From: the human T2T-CHM13v2.0 reference genome, Homo sapiens
Assembly: GCF_009914755.1 (NCBI RefSeq)
Contig: NC_060934.1
Reading direction: 5' to 3' (one strand)
Length of the DNA: 64,000 nucleotides
Positions 63,991 to 64,000 of the stretch are shown piece after piece. A program made the position numbers and the translations under genes. A model generated the notes under the pieces. It did no database searches. It saw only the letters and a program-made list of their open reading frames with translations, and was not told the DNA's origin. Position 1 is the first letter of the stretch. Each line of letters starts with the position of its first letter.

Positions 63991-64000
63991 AGGACGGAGC

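Overview
This is GC-rich mammalian DNA, almost certainly human (AluY/S/J, L1PA, THE1), from the LHPP/FAM53B locus (10q26.13 by recollection). It is not prokaryotic, so nearly all ORFs in the supplied track (many with GTG/TTG starts) are noise. Only two coding exons are well supported. One is the terminal exon of LHPP (+, CDS 6316-6412, ...DNLAEAVDLLLQHADK*). The other is the terminal exon of FAM53B (-, CDS 16660-16298, ...DGELDIEQIEKN*), followed by a ~4 kb 3'UTR. The genes are convergent, with poly(A) signals ~5.2 kb apart. Bases 1-6315 are the last LHPP intron, and 16661-64000 are part of the large last FAM53B intron. I found no CRISPR, rRNA, tRNA or new multi-gene system. The best leads are: (i) a 1.4 kb TGAGGG-based VNTR built from tandem four-tract G-quadruplex modules, with two ATG-initiated open frames (poly-VR and poly-GA/GE); (ii) a candidate transposon-derived alternative last exon that would truncate FAM53B (IAP*); (iii) an L1PA insertion that appears to carry a short 3' transduction; (iv) tandem FAM53B poly(A) sites, one overlapped by a Pumilio element; and (v) several non-repetitive, motif-dense intronic islands that look like developmental enhancers, possibly for the neighbouring NKX1-2. 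Repeat subfamily names and old-repeat boundaries were called by eye and are approximate.
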